The notes: generated by a model not told the origin, from the letters alone. A DNA stretch of 64,000 bases from Campylobacteraceae bacterium (GCA_027081405.1 JALWKO010000026.1:100-64099); one strand, 5' to 3'; counted from the stretch's first letter, positions 17,308-27,019 are shown. Translations and numbers: made by a program.

Positions 17308-18477
17308 CGGGAAAATTTGCCCTGTTACGTCGATCGCCGGGGGAGCGGATCGAGCAAATGGGATGCCTTGGAGGAGCGTTTCGGGCGGGAGGATCTGATC
17401 CCGCTCTGGGTGGCCGACGGGGATTTCTGTGCTCCCCGGGCCATCCGGGAGGCGATCGCGGCACGGGCCGGGCATCCGGTCTACGGATATACCGAATACG
17501 GTGAGGGGTTCTTCGAAGCGATCGCGAGCTGGTATCGCCGCCGTTTCGGCTGGGAGATCGACCGGGAGTGGATCGTCCCCGAACACGGGGTGGTGATCTC
17601 CCTCAATCTCGCGATCGAAGCCTATACCGATCCCGGGGACGGCGTGATCGTCCAGACCCCTATCTATCCCCCCTTTCTCAAAGGGGTGAAGCGCCACAGG
17701 CGACGGCTCCTGGAAAACCGCCTCGTTGCGGATCCGGAGGGGTACCGGATCGATTTCGAGGATCTGGAGGCCAAGGCGGCCGAGGCGAAGCTCCTGCTGC
17801 TGTGTTCCCCCCACAACCCGAGCACCCGGGCCTGGAGCGAAGAGGAGCTCTCCCGTATCGCCGCCATCGCCGAAGCGCACGATCTGATCGTCGTCTCCGA
17901 CGAGATCCACAGCGACATCGTTTACGACCGGATCCACCGCCCCTTTTCCTCTCTGCCCGGGATGCAAAAGCGCAGCCTGGTGCTCCATGCCCCCTCCAAG
18001 ACCTTCCAGATTGCTGGGCTCAATACCTCCTACGCGATCGTCCCGGACGATTCGCTCCGCCGCCGCTACCGGATCGCGCACGAACGTGCGGGGCTGGACA
18101 ACGGCAACTGCTTCGGAATCGTCGCCCTGGAGGCGGCCTACCGGGAAGGGGAGGCGTGGCTGGAGGCGATGCTGCAAATCTACCGGGAGAATATCGAGTA
18201 CGTAAGCGATTTTCTGCGTAAACATACACCCAAGATCCGTCCTCTCCCCGTGGAGGCGACCTATCTGGTGTGGCTCGATTGCCGGGAGACGGGGCTGAAC
18301 GACGAGGCGTTGCGGAGCTTTTTCGTCGACGAAGCGCGGCTGGCTCTCAATCCCGGAATCGCTTTCGGCGAGGCGGGGAGCGGGTTCATGCGGCTCAATG
18401 TCGCCACCTCCCGTGATCTCCTCCGGGAAGCGATGGAGCGGCTTGAGCGGGCGTATCGCCAAAGGGGATTCGTCTGA
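17293..18477 (+). CDS. PLP-dependent C-S lyase (PatB/MalY-type aminotransferase class I/II)
   Basis: 394 aa with N-terminal SSKWD and WVADGDF motifs. The GTG start lies inside the heptamer array; an alternative TTG is at 17317. Confidence 0.85.
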   Translation: MRSAERENLPCYVDRRGSGSSKWDALEERFGREDLIPLWVADGDFCAPRAIREAIAARAGHPVYGYTEYGEGFFEAIASWYRRRFGWEIDREWIVPEHGVVISLNLAIEAYTDPGDGVIVQTPIYPPFLKGVKRHRRRLLENRLVADPEGYRIDFEDLEAKAAEAKLLLLCSPHNPSTRAWSEEELSRIAAIAEAHDLIVVSDEIHSDIVYDRIHRPFSSLPGMQKRSLVLHAPSKTFQIAGLNTSYAIVPDDSLRRRYRIAHERAGLDNGNCFGIVALEAAYREGEAWLEAMLQIYRENIEYVSDFLRKHTPKIRPLPVEATYLVWLDCRETGLNDEALRSFFVDEARLALNPGIAFGEAGSGFMRLNVATSRDLLREAMERLERAYRQRGFV

Positions 18478-19874
18478 TGCGCCTCGGAGTGCTTCTCGTC
18501 GCCCTCTGGGCGTGGGGGTGGGCACTGGTCCCCGCCGAAGTGGCGCAGTTCCTCCAGAGAGACGGGATCGATCCTTCGCAGGTGAGCCTGATCGTCGCCC
18601 CCACCAAAGGCTCCGAACCTCTGATGGTCCACCTCCCCGACGAACCCCGCCGCCCGGCGTCGGTGATCAAGCTCCTGACCACCTACGCCGCATTGCTGGA
18701 GCTCGGTCCCGATTTCCGCTGGCCGACCCGCTTTTTCGTCACCGGGCGGCTGCGCGGCGGGGTGTTGCGGGGGGATCTGATCGTCAAAGCCTACGGCGAT
18801 CCGACCCTCTCCCGGCGGGATCTGGACCGGATCGCAGAGCGGATCCGCCGGATGGGGATCCGCGAAATCACCGGCGATCTGATCGTCGACGAGAGCTTTT
18901 TCCGTACGGGATCGAAAATCAGTTCGGGGTTTGACAATCATCCCCACAGCGAGTACAACGCCATGCCCGAAGCGTTGATGTTCGAGGACCACCTCAGCAC
19001 CATCGTCGTCGATACCCGCGGCGGTGAGGCACGGGTACACAAAGGGATCCCCGATCCGGGATACCGGCTCCTCAACGAAGTGACGGTACGGAGCGACAAA
19101 CGGTGCCGCGGGCGTTACGGCTGGCCGGCGGTACGCTTCGAAGAAGAGGGGGATACTCCGATCGTCCGCGTGACGGGGACCCTCTCGAGCCGCTGCCGGA
19201 CCCCCCGGGTGATCCGACAGGTGATCGACCACCCCTACACCGCGTTCTACGGAGCCCTCAAAGAAGCGTTCGCAAAGAGAGGGATCGCCTTTTCGGGGCG
19301 CTTGCGGCTGGGGAAGGTTCCCGCCGGGGCCCGTCCTTTGCTGACCCACTACTCCCGCCCTTTGCTGCAGATTGTCGCCAAGACCAACAAGCACTCCAAC
19401 AACCTCTACGCCCGCCACATTTTCCTCCTCCTGGGGGCCAAACGCTACGGAGCTCCGGCCACGGTGGAGAAAGGGCGCAAAGCGGTGCGCGAGATCCTCG
19501 AATCACGCGGGATCCTCGACGATGCGACGGTGCTGGACAACGGGTGCGGACTGAGTCGCCGTACCCGCACCACCGCCCGAACCCTCTACCGGCTCTTAGA
19601 GGACGCCTATCGGCACTTTGCCTGGAGGTGGATGGGAGCCCTTTCGATCGCGGGGATCGACGGGACGCTGCGGCATCGCTTCGTCCGATCGCCGGCCCGC
19701 CGGCACGCCTGGATGAAGACCGGGACCCTCAAAGACGCCAAAAACATCGCCGGATACGTCAAAGGGCGCAGCGGCAGGCTCTATACGGTGGTGATCTTCT
19801 ACAACGGCCTCGCCCGCTGGAAAGGGCGGCAGTTCGAAGATCAGCTCGTCGAGTGGATCGTGAAAAACAAATGA
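18477..19874 (+). CDS. D-alanyl-D-alanine carboxypeptidase/endopeptidase (PBP4, peptidase S13)
   Basis: 465 aa with SxxK (SVIK), SxN (HSNN) and KTG (MKTGT) motifs. Signal peptide present. Confidence 0.85.
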   Translation: MRLGVLLVALWAWGWALVPAEVAQFLQRDGIDPSQVSLIVAPTKGSEPLMVHLPDEPRRPASVIKLLTTYAALLELGPDFRWPTRFFVTGRLRGGVLRGDLIVKAYGDPTLSRRDLDRIAERIRRMGIREITGDLIVDESFFRTGSKISSGFDNHPHSEYNAMPEALMFEDHLSTIVVDTRGGEARVHKGIPDPGYRLLNEVTVRSDKRCRGRYGWPAVRFEEEGDTPIVRVTGTLSSRCRTPRVIRQVIDHPYTAFYGALKEAFAKRGIAFSGRLRLGKVPAGARPLLTHYSRPLLQIVAKTNKHSNNLYARHIFLLLGAKRYGAPATVEKGRKAVREILESRGILDDATVLDNGCGLSRRTRTTARTLYRLLEDAYRHFAWRWMGALSIAGIDGTLRHRFVRSPARRHAWMKTGTLKDAKNIAGYVKGRSGRLYTVVIFYNGLARWKGRQFEDQLVEWIVKNK

Positions 19875-19900
19875 GGAATGAGGAATGAGAAATGAGAAAT
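19868..19900 (+). repeat. AAATGAG/GAATGAG heptamer array
   Basis: caaatgaggaatgaggaatgagaaatgagaaatg. The first unit supplies the PBP4 stop codon. Confidence 0.85.
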
Positions 19901-19949
19901 GTTTGATTTCCTGTTTTGAATTCCCGATTTCCTCCTCTCAAGGGGAGAA

Positions 19950-21080
19950 ATGAATTTCGAAACCTATCCGTTTGAAAAACTGACCCGGCTTCTCGAAGGG
20001 ATCGTGCCAAACGGTGCGTTCGACCCGATGAGCCTCACGATCGGGGAGCCCCAGTTCGAGACGCCGGCGTTCATCCGGCAAGAACTCTGCGACGCCTCGG
20101 CGCAGCTGAACAAATACCCCAAGACGGCGGGGGAAGCGTACCTCAAAGTGGCGATGCTGCGGTATTTGAAGGAACGCTTCTCCCTCGAGCTGACGTCGGA
20201 TCAGCTCATCCCCACCTTCGGAACCCGGGAGCTGCTGTTCAATTTCCCCCAGTTCTATCTCCACGGCAGACCCGATCCGGCGATGGCCTTCCCCAACCCT
20301 TTCTACCAGATCTACGAAGGGGCGGCGATCGCCGCGGGGGCGCGGATCGTCCACCTCGATCTGACCCCCGAAAACGGTTTTCAGCCCCCGATGGACGAAA
20401 CGCTGCTGCGGGAGTGCGATCTGGTGATCCTCAACACCCCCAACAACCCCACCGCGTCGGTGATCCCCTTCGAGCGGATGCAAGAGTGGGTGGAGCTCTC
20501 ACTCAAGTACGATTTTCTGCTGCTCAACGACGAGTGCTACGTCGATTTGTGGATGGACGAGCCGCTCCCTTCCCTTCTGGAGGCGAGCGTCGCCGCGGGC
20601 AACCCCGGGTTCCGCAACGTGGTCGTGGTCAACTCGGTTTCCAAACGCTCCAGCGCCCCGGGGCTGCGCAGCGGGTTCATCGCCGGGGACCGGGAGGTGT
20701 TGCGGGAGTATCTGCGCTACCGCACCTACGTCGGATGCGCCTCCCCGCTCCCTCTGCAGCGGGCCGCGGCGGCGGCCTGGGGTGATCAGGACCACGTGGA
20801 GACTTTCCGCCGGAAATATCGGCGCAATTTCGAGCTGGCGCGTGAGATCCTGGGGGTCGAACCTCCCGAAGCCACCTTCTATGTCTGGCTGGAGGTGGGC
20901 GACGAGCGGACCTTTACCCGGGAGCTCTATCGGCGGTATAATCTCAAAGTCCTCCCCGGTTCTTTCCTGGGGCGAAACGGTGCGGGCGAAGGCTTCGTCC
21001 GCCTGGCACTGGTCTATGAAGAAGAGCCGATGCGGGAGGCGCTGGAGAGGGTGGCGGCTTTTTTGAAAGATTTTGGATGA
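19950..21080 (+). CDS. class I PLP aminotransferase (succinyldiaminopimelate/aspartate aminotransferase-like)
   Basis: 376 aa with a PLP-lysine context NSVSKRSSAPGLRSGF. Confidence 0.85.
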   Translation: MNFETYPFEKLTRLLEGIVPNGAFDPMSLTIGEPQFETPAFIRQELCDASAQLNKYPKTAGEAYLKVAMLRYLKERFSLELTSDQLIPTFGTRELLFNFPQFYLHGRPDPAMAFPNPFYQIYEGAAIAAGARIVHLDLTPENGFQPPMDETLLRECDLVILNTPNNPTASVIPFERMQEWVELSLKYDFLLLNDECYVDLWMDEPLPSLLEASVAAGNPGFRNVVVVNSVSKRSSAPGLRSGFIAGDREVLREYLRYRTYVGCASPLPLQRAAAAAWGDQDHVETFRRKYRRNFELAREILGVEPPEATFYVWLEVGDERTFTRELYRRYNLKVLPGSFLGRNGAGEGFVRLALVYEEEPMREALERVAAFLKDFG

Positions 21081-21114
21081 TGGATTTTGGATTTTGGATT
21101 TTGGATTTTGGATT
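21071..21114 (+). repeat. TTGGATT heptamer array (about 6 units)
   Basis: ttttggatgatggattttggattttggattttggattttggatt. Overlaps the last codons and the stop of the aminotransferase gene. Confidence 0.9.
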
Positions 21115-21152
21115 AAGGGTGTCGCTTCGCGATACTATAGTTGTAAAGGGAA

Positions 21153-21779
21153 ATGATGAATCAAAACAACAGAGAAGAGGCGATCGATCTGGAAGCGCTC
21201 AAAAAAGACCCCCAGTTTCAGGAGAACCTGAAGCGGCTGGAGGGGGAGATGAAAGCCGAGCGCTCCATCGCCAAAGGGTATCAGCTGCTGGATGCGAAGC
21301 TCTTGATGGAGGCGGAGCAGGAGGAGATCAACGAGATCTTCACCTTCATCGTCAATGAAGCCTTCGATCGTCTGGCGGAGCTGCTCAGCCGGGGGGAAAA
21401 ATTCGACATGGCCGATCCGGAGCAGTGGGCCACGGCCCGGGCGGTCTACGAGCACGGGATCCAGCGCTACAGCGAAAACGACCTCAAGGGGGCCAGGGAG
21501 ATCTTTTTGATCCTCTATTACCTCATCACCGAGAAGGAGTTGCGCGACGCAATGATGATCCACTCGGCGGCGGTGGCGGCGGGGCACGACTTTGACAGTT
21601 TCATCGAGAATTTGGCCGACGTGCGGTCGATCAACCCCAACGACGCCACCGCCTTTTTCATCACCAGTTTCGTCCAGCCGCCGGATATTCTGCTGCAGAT
21701 GTTCGCCAAAGAGGTGGCCGAAGGGGAGGCTTTGCTGGCGAAAATGGAGGAGAACAGCAAAGCTTCGAATGAGGAATGA
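21153..21779 (+). CDS. hypothetical acidic helical protein
   Basis: 208 aa with good coding periodicity. No family recognised. The C-terminal SNEE and the stop are encoded by a GAATGAG array. Confidence 0.6.
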   Translation: MMNQNNREEAIDLEALKKDPQFQENLKRLEGEMKAERSIAKGYQLLDAKLLMEAEQEEINEIFTFIVNEAFDRLAELLSRGEKFDMADPEQWATARAVYEHGIQRYSENDLKGAREIFLILYYLITEKELRDAMMIHSAAVAAGHDFDSFIENLADVRSINPNDATAFFITSFVQPPDILLQMFAKEVAEGEALLAKMEENSKASNEE

Positions 21780-21878
21780 GGAATGAGGAATTCGGAATTC
21801 GGGCGTATCGAGGTACGCCGCTTCGATACTATCGACTATCGACTAACGACTAGCGACTGTGCCGCCTCCGGCGGCACC
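21767..21878 (+). repeat. partial mosaic repeat (GAATGAG array, CGACTAT array, gtgccgcc-tcc-ggcggcac hairpin)
   Basis: Read directly between the hypothetical gene and murC. Confidence 0.85.
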
Positions 21879-21889
21879 CGGGAGGCGCT

Positions 21890-23206
21890 ATGAAAATCCA
21901 CTTCATCGGGATCGGGGGGATCGGACTTTCGGCACTGGCGAAATTCCTGGCGGGGCAGGGGCACACCATCAGCGGCAGCGACATGCGCCAAAGCGAGATC
22001 ACCGACGATCTGGCGCTCAACTACGGGGCCAAGATCACGATCCCCCACCACCCCGACGCGGTGGAGGGGGCCGAGAGGGTGATCTATTCGGCGGCGGTGC
22101 GCCCCACCAACGTGGAGTATCAGCGGGCCCGGGAACTGGGGATCGAACTGCTCAGCCGCAAGGAGGCGCTTCGGTTCATCCTGGGAGACAAAGAAGTCTA
22201 CGCCGTGGGCGGGGCCCACGGCAAGAGCACCACCTCGGCGATGCTGGCGGCACTCCTGCCCGATACCAACGCACTCATCGGCGCCATCAGCAAAAGCTTC
22301 GGCTCCAACGTCCGGAGCGCTCCCAACGACAAAGTGGTCTTCGAAGCCGACGAGAGTGACGAGAGTTTCCTCAACTCCAACCCCCGCCTGGCGATCGTCA
22401 CCAACGTCGAGCCCGAGCACATGGAGTATTACGGCTACGATCTGGACCGGTTCTACGGTGCCTACCGGAAATTCCTCGACCTGGCCGAGATCCGGGTGAT
22501 CAACGCCGAAGATCCTTTCCTGGGATCGCTGGAGATCGACGCAGTGCGGCTTTTCCCCAGCCGGGATCTGCGCAACGTGGAGTATTCGCTCGTCGAGGGC
22601 GAGCCCCATACCCGCTTCGAGCTTCGCGATCTGGGGAGCTTCGAGGTTTTCGGCTTCGGAGAACACATCGCCCTGGACACGGCGCTGGCGATCCTGGCGG
22701 CCAGGGAGTTGGGGGAGGATGTGGAGGATCTGCGTGAGCGGCTGCGGGACTACCGGGGGATCAAGAAGCGCTTCGACATCATCCAGAACGACCCTGACTG
22801 CGTCGTCGTGGACGACTACGGCCACCACCCCACCGAGATCGCCGCGACCCTGGAGGCGCTGCGGACGTTCCGGAAGATGCGGGGACTGCCGAAACTCAAA
22901 GTGATCTGGCAGCCGCACAAATACACCCGGACCCTGGACAACCTCAAAGGGTTCGTGGAGTGTTTTTCAGGGGTGGACGAGCTGGTGATCCTCCCCATCT
23001 GGTCCGCCGGGGAGATCGAAATCCCCATCGACCTCAAGGGGGCCTTCAGCCGCTACGAGCCGATCATGGCCGAACGGGTCACCCGGGAAGACGGAGTCGT
23101 CAAGATCCTGGACGAGAAATCGCAGGTGATGCGGGAATTCCGCGAAGGACTCATCGTCGCTTTCGGCGCGGGGGATATCACCTATCAGATACGAGGGATC
23201 AAGTGA
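21890..23206 (+). CDS. murC: UDP-N-acetylmuramate--L-alanine ligase
   Basis: 438 aa with N-terminal IHFIGIGGIGLSALA and the Mur ligase P-loop GAHGKSTT. Confidence 0.95.
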   Translation: MKIHFIGIGGIGLSALAKFLAGQGHTISGSDMRQSEITDDLALNYGAKITIPHHPDAVEGAERVIYSAAVRPTNVEYQRARELGIELLSRKEALRFILGDKEVYAVGGAHGKSTTSAMLAALLPDTNALIGAISKSFGSNVRSAPNDKVVFEADESDESFLNSNPRLAIVTNVEPEHMEYYGYDLDRFYGAYRKFLDLAEIRVINAEDPFLGSLEIDAVRLFPSRDLRNVEYSLVEGEPHTRFELRDLGSFEVFGFGEHIALDTALAILAARELGEDVEDLRERLRDYRGIKKRFDIIQNDPDCVVVDDYGHHPTEIAATLEALRTFRKMRGLPKLKVIWQPHKYTRTLDNLKGFVECFSGVDELVILPIWSAGEIEIPIDLKGAFSRYEPIMAERVTREDGVVKILDEKSQVMREFREGLIVAFGAGDITYQIRGIK

Positions 23207-23460
23207 AGGGGGGAGTGAGAGTCGGTAGTCGTGGCGCCGTTGGCACAGTCATTGGTCATTGGTCATTGGTCATTGGGGGCAGGGCTTCAGCCCTGCATGC
23301 GGGACTAAAGTCCCGCCTCCAAAAGAAAGCGTTGCGAAGCAACACCCCAAAACCATTCCTCATTAAAAAATTGTTATTAGTTGCTGGTTATTCATTACTA
23401 GTTTCCAATCTTCGGTTCCTCATTCCTCATTTCTCATTCCTCACTCCTCACTCGCACGGA
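23207..23460 (-). repeat. mosaic repeat element, full copy in reverse orientation
   Basis: The reverse complement shows the same module order as 8558-8886: AATGAG arrays, gttgcttcgcaacgc, ggaggcgggactttagtcccgc, gcagggctgaagccctgc, four CCAATGA units. Confidence 0.9.
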
Positions 23461-23468
23461 GTGCGAAT

Positions 23469-25676
23469 ATGAGCCGTACACTTCCCGAAAAACTCGATCT
23501 GGGCGGGTATCTGGAGTCGTTCACCTCCTTTTTCGCCCGGCCCAAGCCGGTAGTGATGGAGGGAGACGCCGGGCTGCACCACCGCTTTCTCACCGCTTTG
23601 TCCAACGTACAGATCCCCGAACCTCCACAGGTGCCCACAATGGAGGATCGGCTGATGCGCCTGGGCAAACAGGGGGTGCTGGCTCTGGAGGAGATCTTCG
23701 ATTTCATCCGGATGATCCGCTATTTCAACCGTCTGCGGGCGATGACCCTCCCCGAACCGGCGGGGAGCTGGATCGCCGGGATCGAAGTCCCCGAAGCGGT
23801 GGCCGAGATCGGATCCTATTTCACCGACGAGGGGGAGCTCAGCCCCGAAAAGGAGCCCGAACTGGCCGACATCGCCGAGGCGCTGCGGCGCAACCGCGAA
23901 GCGATCCGCGAATCGCTCTACGCCCTGACCCGCTCCCGGGATCTGGCCGACTATCTGGTCGACACCCAGATCCACCTCCAAAACGGCGAAGAGACGCTGC
24001 TGGTGCGCGGGGGCTTCTCCGCGGTGCTCAAGGCGACGGTAGTGGGGCGCTCTTCGGGGGGATTTTTCTACGTGATCCCCGATCGGGTGCGATCGCTCAA
24101 GGACCGGGAGGCGGAGCTGCTGAGCCGCCGGGAGGCGATTCTATGGCGCTACGCCCGGGAGTTTTCACAGGTGCTGCACCGCTGGGAGCGTTTCCTGCGC
24201 TATCTGGATCGGCAGTTCGATCGGTTCGACCACTACCAGGCTCGGATCCGTTTCGCCAAAAGCCGTGATTACGAATTTGTCCTTCCCCATGACGGCAAAG
24301 AGGTGATCCTGGGGGGATTCGCCCACCCCGCCATCGCCGATCCGGTCCCCGTGGACATCGCGGTCAAACGCCCCATCGTCCTCATCACCGGGGTCAACGC
24401 GGGGGGAAAAACGATGCTGCTCAAATCGATTCTCGCCGCCGTCTGGCTCTCCCGCCATCTCCTTCCGTTCCGCTGCGATCCCCAACGGACGAAAATCGGC
24501 CGGTACAAATCGATCGAAGCGATCGTCGAAGATCCCCAGTCGGTCAAAAACGACATCTCCACCTTCGCCGGGCGGATGGTGGAGTTTTCCCGGCTCTTCC
24601 GGATTCGCGACGCGATCGTGGGGGTGGACGAGATCGAGCTGGGGACCGATGCCGACGAGGCGGCGAGCCTCTTTCGGGTGCTGCTCGAGGAGCTTATGAA
24701 ACGGGAGATCACCTTCGTGGTGACCACCCACCACAAGCGGCTGGCCTCTCTCCTGGCGGGGGAGGAAACGGTGGAACTCGTCGCGGCACTCTACGACGAG
24801 GAGCGCCGCCGCCCCACCTATACCTTCCTGGAGGGGAGCATCGGCAAGAGCTACGCCTTCGAGACCGCCGAGCGCTACGGGATCCCCCGAAATGTGGTCG
24901 AGAAGGCCCGAACCCTCTACGGAGAGGACAAAGAACGCCTCAACGAGCTCATCGAACATTCGACACGGTTAGAGGCGCAGATGCGCGCCCGCCTCGCCGA
25001 GGCGGAGCGGCTCACCGAGGAGCTGCGGCGCAAGGAGGAGCACCTCAAAGAGCTCGAAGAGGCGATGCGCGAAGAGCAGCGCAAGGTGCTGGCCACCCTG
25101 GAGAACCGCTACAACGCGGCGACCAAACGGGCCCTGGCGGCGCTGAAAAAAGCCGAAGACGCCGAAGCGAGACGGCTGCTCAACGAAGCTCACCGCCACA
25201 AAAGCCGGGCCCGGCTTCGGGAGGCGGAGCCCGAGCTGCCACCCCTCAAACCCGGTGACCGGGTCCGATACCGGTCCCATACCGCCGAGATCCTTTCCCT
25301 CAAAGAAAAGGAGGCGATGATCTCCGTGGACGGAATGAAGATCCGGGTCCCCCTCAAGGAGCTCAGACCGGCCCCCGAAACTCCGAAGCCCAAGGCCCCT
25401 CGCCCCAAAAAAAGCACCGACATCCGGGTCGAAAAAAGCGATCGGGCCGCACTGCACATCAAACTGCTCGGGATGCGTGCCGAGGAGGCCGAGGAGGCAC
25501 TCGACGCGTTCCTCTCCGACGCGCTGCTGCACGGAATCTCGGAGGTGGAGATCATCCACGGCACCGGGACGGGGGTCCTGGCCCGGGTGGTCAGCGAATA
25601 CCTCAAACGCCATCCCCGGGTGAAGCGCTTCTATCGGATGCCGGGCAATATGGGGGTGACGGTGGCGGAGTTGTAA
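23469..25676 (+). CDS. mutS2: endonuclease MutS2 (MutS domain V ATPase plus C-terminal Smr)
   Basis: 735 aa with Walker A GVNAGGKT and a C-terminal Smr domain (LHIKLLGMRAEEA...IIHGTGTGVL). Confidence 0.93.
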   Translation: MSRTLPEKLDLGGYLESFTSFFARPKPVVMEGDAGLHHRFLTALSNVQIPEPPQVPTMEDRLMRLGKQGVLALEEIFDFIRMIRYFNRLRAMTLPEPAGSWIAGIEVPEAVAEIGSYFTDEGELSPEKEPELADIAEALRRNREAIRESLYALTRSRDLADYLVDTQIHLQNGEETLLVRGGFSAVLKATVVGRSSGGFFYVIPDRVRSLKDREAELLSRREAILWRYAREFSQVLHRWERFLRYLDRQFDRFDHYQARIRFAKSRDYEFVLPHDGKEVILGGFAHPAIADPVPVDIAVKRPIVLITGVNAGGKTMLLKSILAAVWLSRHLLPFRCDPQRTKIGRYKSIEAIVEDPQSVKNDISTFAGRMVEFSRLFRIRDAIVGVDEIELGTDADEAASLFRVLLEELMKREITFVVTTHHKRLASLLAGEETVELVAALYDEERRRPTYTFLEGSIGKSYAFETAERYGIPRNVVEKARTLYGEDKERLNELIEHSTRLEAQMRARLAEAERLTEELRRKEEHLKELEEAMREEQRKVLATLENRYNAATKRALAALKKAEDAEARRLLNEAHRHKSRARLREAEPELPPLKPGDRVRYRSHTAEILSLKEKEAMISVDGMKIRVPLKELRPAPETPKPKAPRPKKSTDIRVEKSDRAALHIKLLGMRAEEAEEALDAFLSDALLHGISEVEIIHGTGTGVLARVVSEYLKRHPRVKRFYRMPGNMGVTVAEL

Positions 25677-25679
25677 CGG

Positions 25680-25971
25680 AGAATGAGGAACGAGGAGTGA
25701 GGGATCTTTGGGCGCCGTGATACGGCGCGTTTTGAATGAGAAATGAGAAAATAGAAATGAGAAATTTCGGTGCGTAGCGTTCGCTACGCGCTCAATGTTG
25801 GATTTTGGATTCTGGATGTTGGATTGCGGGGTGTTGCGTTGCAACACATATTTTTGGAGGCGGGAATTCATTCCCGCACTGCAGGGCTAATGCCCTGCAT
25901 CCAGTACACCAATGTACCAATAGACCAATGACGTCGCCGAAGGCGACATCACTTGTGACTATTTTTTATCT
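25680..25971 (+). repeat. mosaic repeat element, full copy
   Basis: Same ordered modules, ending in GTCGCCGAAGGCGAC at 25933. Confidence 0.9.
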
Positions 25972-26077
25972 CTTCATTTGTTTTTCTTTGTTCGCGCGAT
26001 AAAGAAAAACGAAACGAAGCAAAGAAAAAGAAAACGCGAGGGACTGGCGTCTTGGTGGAGATGCCATGCGTGGTTGA
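25972..26077 (+). repeat. ~106 nt purine-rich two-hairpin module, copy 1
   Basis: Near-identical to 35144-35249 (cttcatttgtttttctttgttcgcgcgaYaaagaaaaacgaaacgaagcaaagaaaaagaaaacgcgagg...). Confidence 0.85.
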
Positions 26078-26165
26078 TTGAGGAGTGAGGAATTTTGAAG
26101 CGCCATGATAGGGTGCGTTTTGAATGAGAAATGAGAAATTGTGGGGCGTTGCTGTGCAACGCATA
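26078..26165 (+). repeat. partial mosaic repeat (GAGTGAG and AAATGAG arrays, gcgttgctgtgcaacgc hairpin)
   Basis: Read directly. Confidence 0.8.
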
Positions 26166-26225
26166 TTTTGTAAAGATGCGATTTCTGTTTCGCAATCACA
26201 AAGGGGCCTTCAAAGTCGCATTCCA

Positions 26226-26405
26226 GTATAATCCCAAATCATGCAGTAGCCACTACGTCATCTGCATCGATCATCGATGGCATGGGCGACACATCCAAAG
26301 CCTCGACGCACCCTCCGGGTGCGCCTACGTTTTGGCTGTGCACCCCTACACACCGAGCATCGACACATCTGACGCACTTTCTACTGCATGGTTTGGGATA
26401 ATCCC
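26226..26405. mobile_element. MITE-like element with ~22 nt terminal inverted repeats, copy 1 (~180 bp)
   Basis: Left end ataatcccaaatcatgcagtag matches the reverse complement of the right end (attatcccaaaccatgcagtag). The ~70 nt core is identical to 40205-40458. Confidence 0.75.
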
Positions 26406-26449
26406 AACAAAGCGTGTCGTATCGGCGACAATCAGTTCAAGGAGTATCG

Positions 26450-27019
26450 GTGAGCCTGAAAGACGAGATCAACTATGTCAAAGAGGAACTGACCAGCGAC
26501 GAAAAGCTGCTCGAGAGCGCCTTTCGTCTGGAGCGGATCTACAAAAAGCACAAAGTGAAAATCTGGGCGGTGGTGGCCCTGCTGGTGATCGGTTTCGGTG
26601 GCAAGGCCCTGTGGGGAGCGTATCGGGATTATCAACTTTCCAAAGCCAACGACGCCTATCTGACCCTTCAGAAACATCCCGACGACAAAGCGGCGCAGGA
26701 GACGCTCAAAAGCGCCAATCCCCGCCTCTGGGCCCTCTACCTCTACGCCCGTGCGGTCAAAAGCGGCGACGCCAAAGCCCTCGATGCGATCCCCGTCGGT
26801 GACGACGCGCTGCTCAAAGACCTGATCACCTACCACCGTGCCGTCCTGGGGTCCCGTCCGGGCGATTCTCGTTACTATGCCGACCTCTCCCGGGTCGAGA
26901 AGGCTTACGAGGCCCTCAAAGCGGGGCACAAAGACGAGGCGCGCCAACTCCTCTCGGCGATCGCGGAGAACTCCCCCCTCGCGCCGATCGCCCGTCTGCT
27001 CCGCCACGCCACACTGTAG
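26450..27019 (+). CDS. membrane-anchored TPR-like protein (YfgM-like)
   Basis: 189 aa from a GTG with SD aaggag 6 nt upstream. One TM helix followed by a helical repeat domain. Family call is tentative. Confidence 0.55.
   Translation: MSLKDEINYVKEELTSDEKLLESAFRLERIYKKHKVKIWAVVALLVIGFGGKALWGAYRDYQLSKANDAYLTLQKHPDDKAAQETLKSANPRLWALYLYARAVKSGDAKALDAIPVGDDALLKDLITYHRAVLGSRPGDSRYYADLSRVEKAYEALKAGHKDEARQLLSAIAENSPLAPIARLLRHATL

Noticed and set aside
26131-26802. ORFs 26131-26802 (223 aa) and 40387-41328 (313 aa) starting inside the MITE-like elements.
   Set aside because: The first runs through repeats and out of frame across the YfgM-like gene. The second is antisense to murB. Neither has an SD or a coding-like composition.
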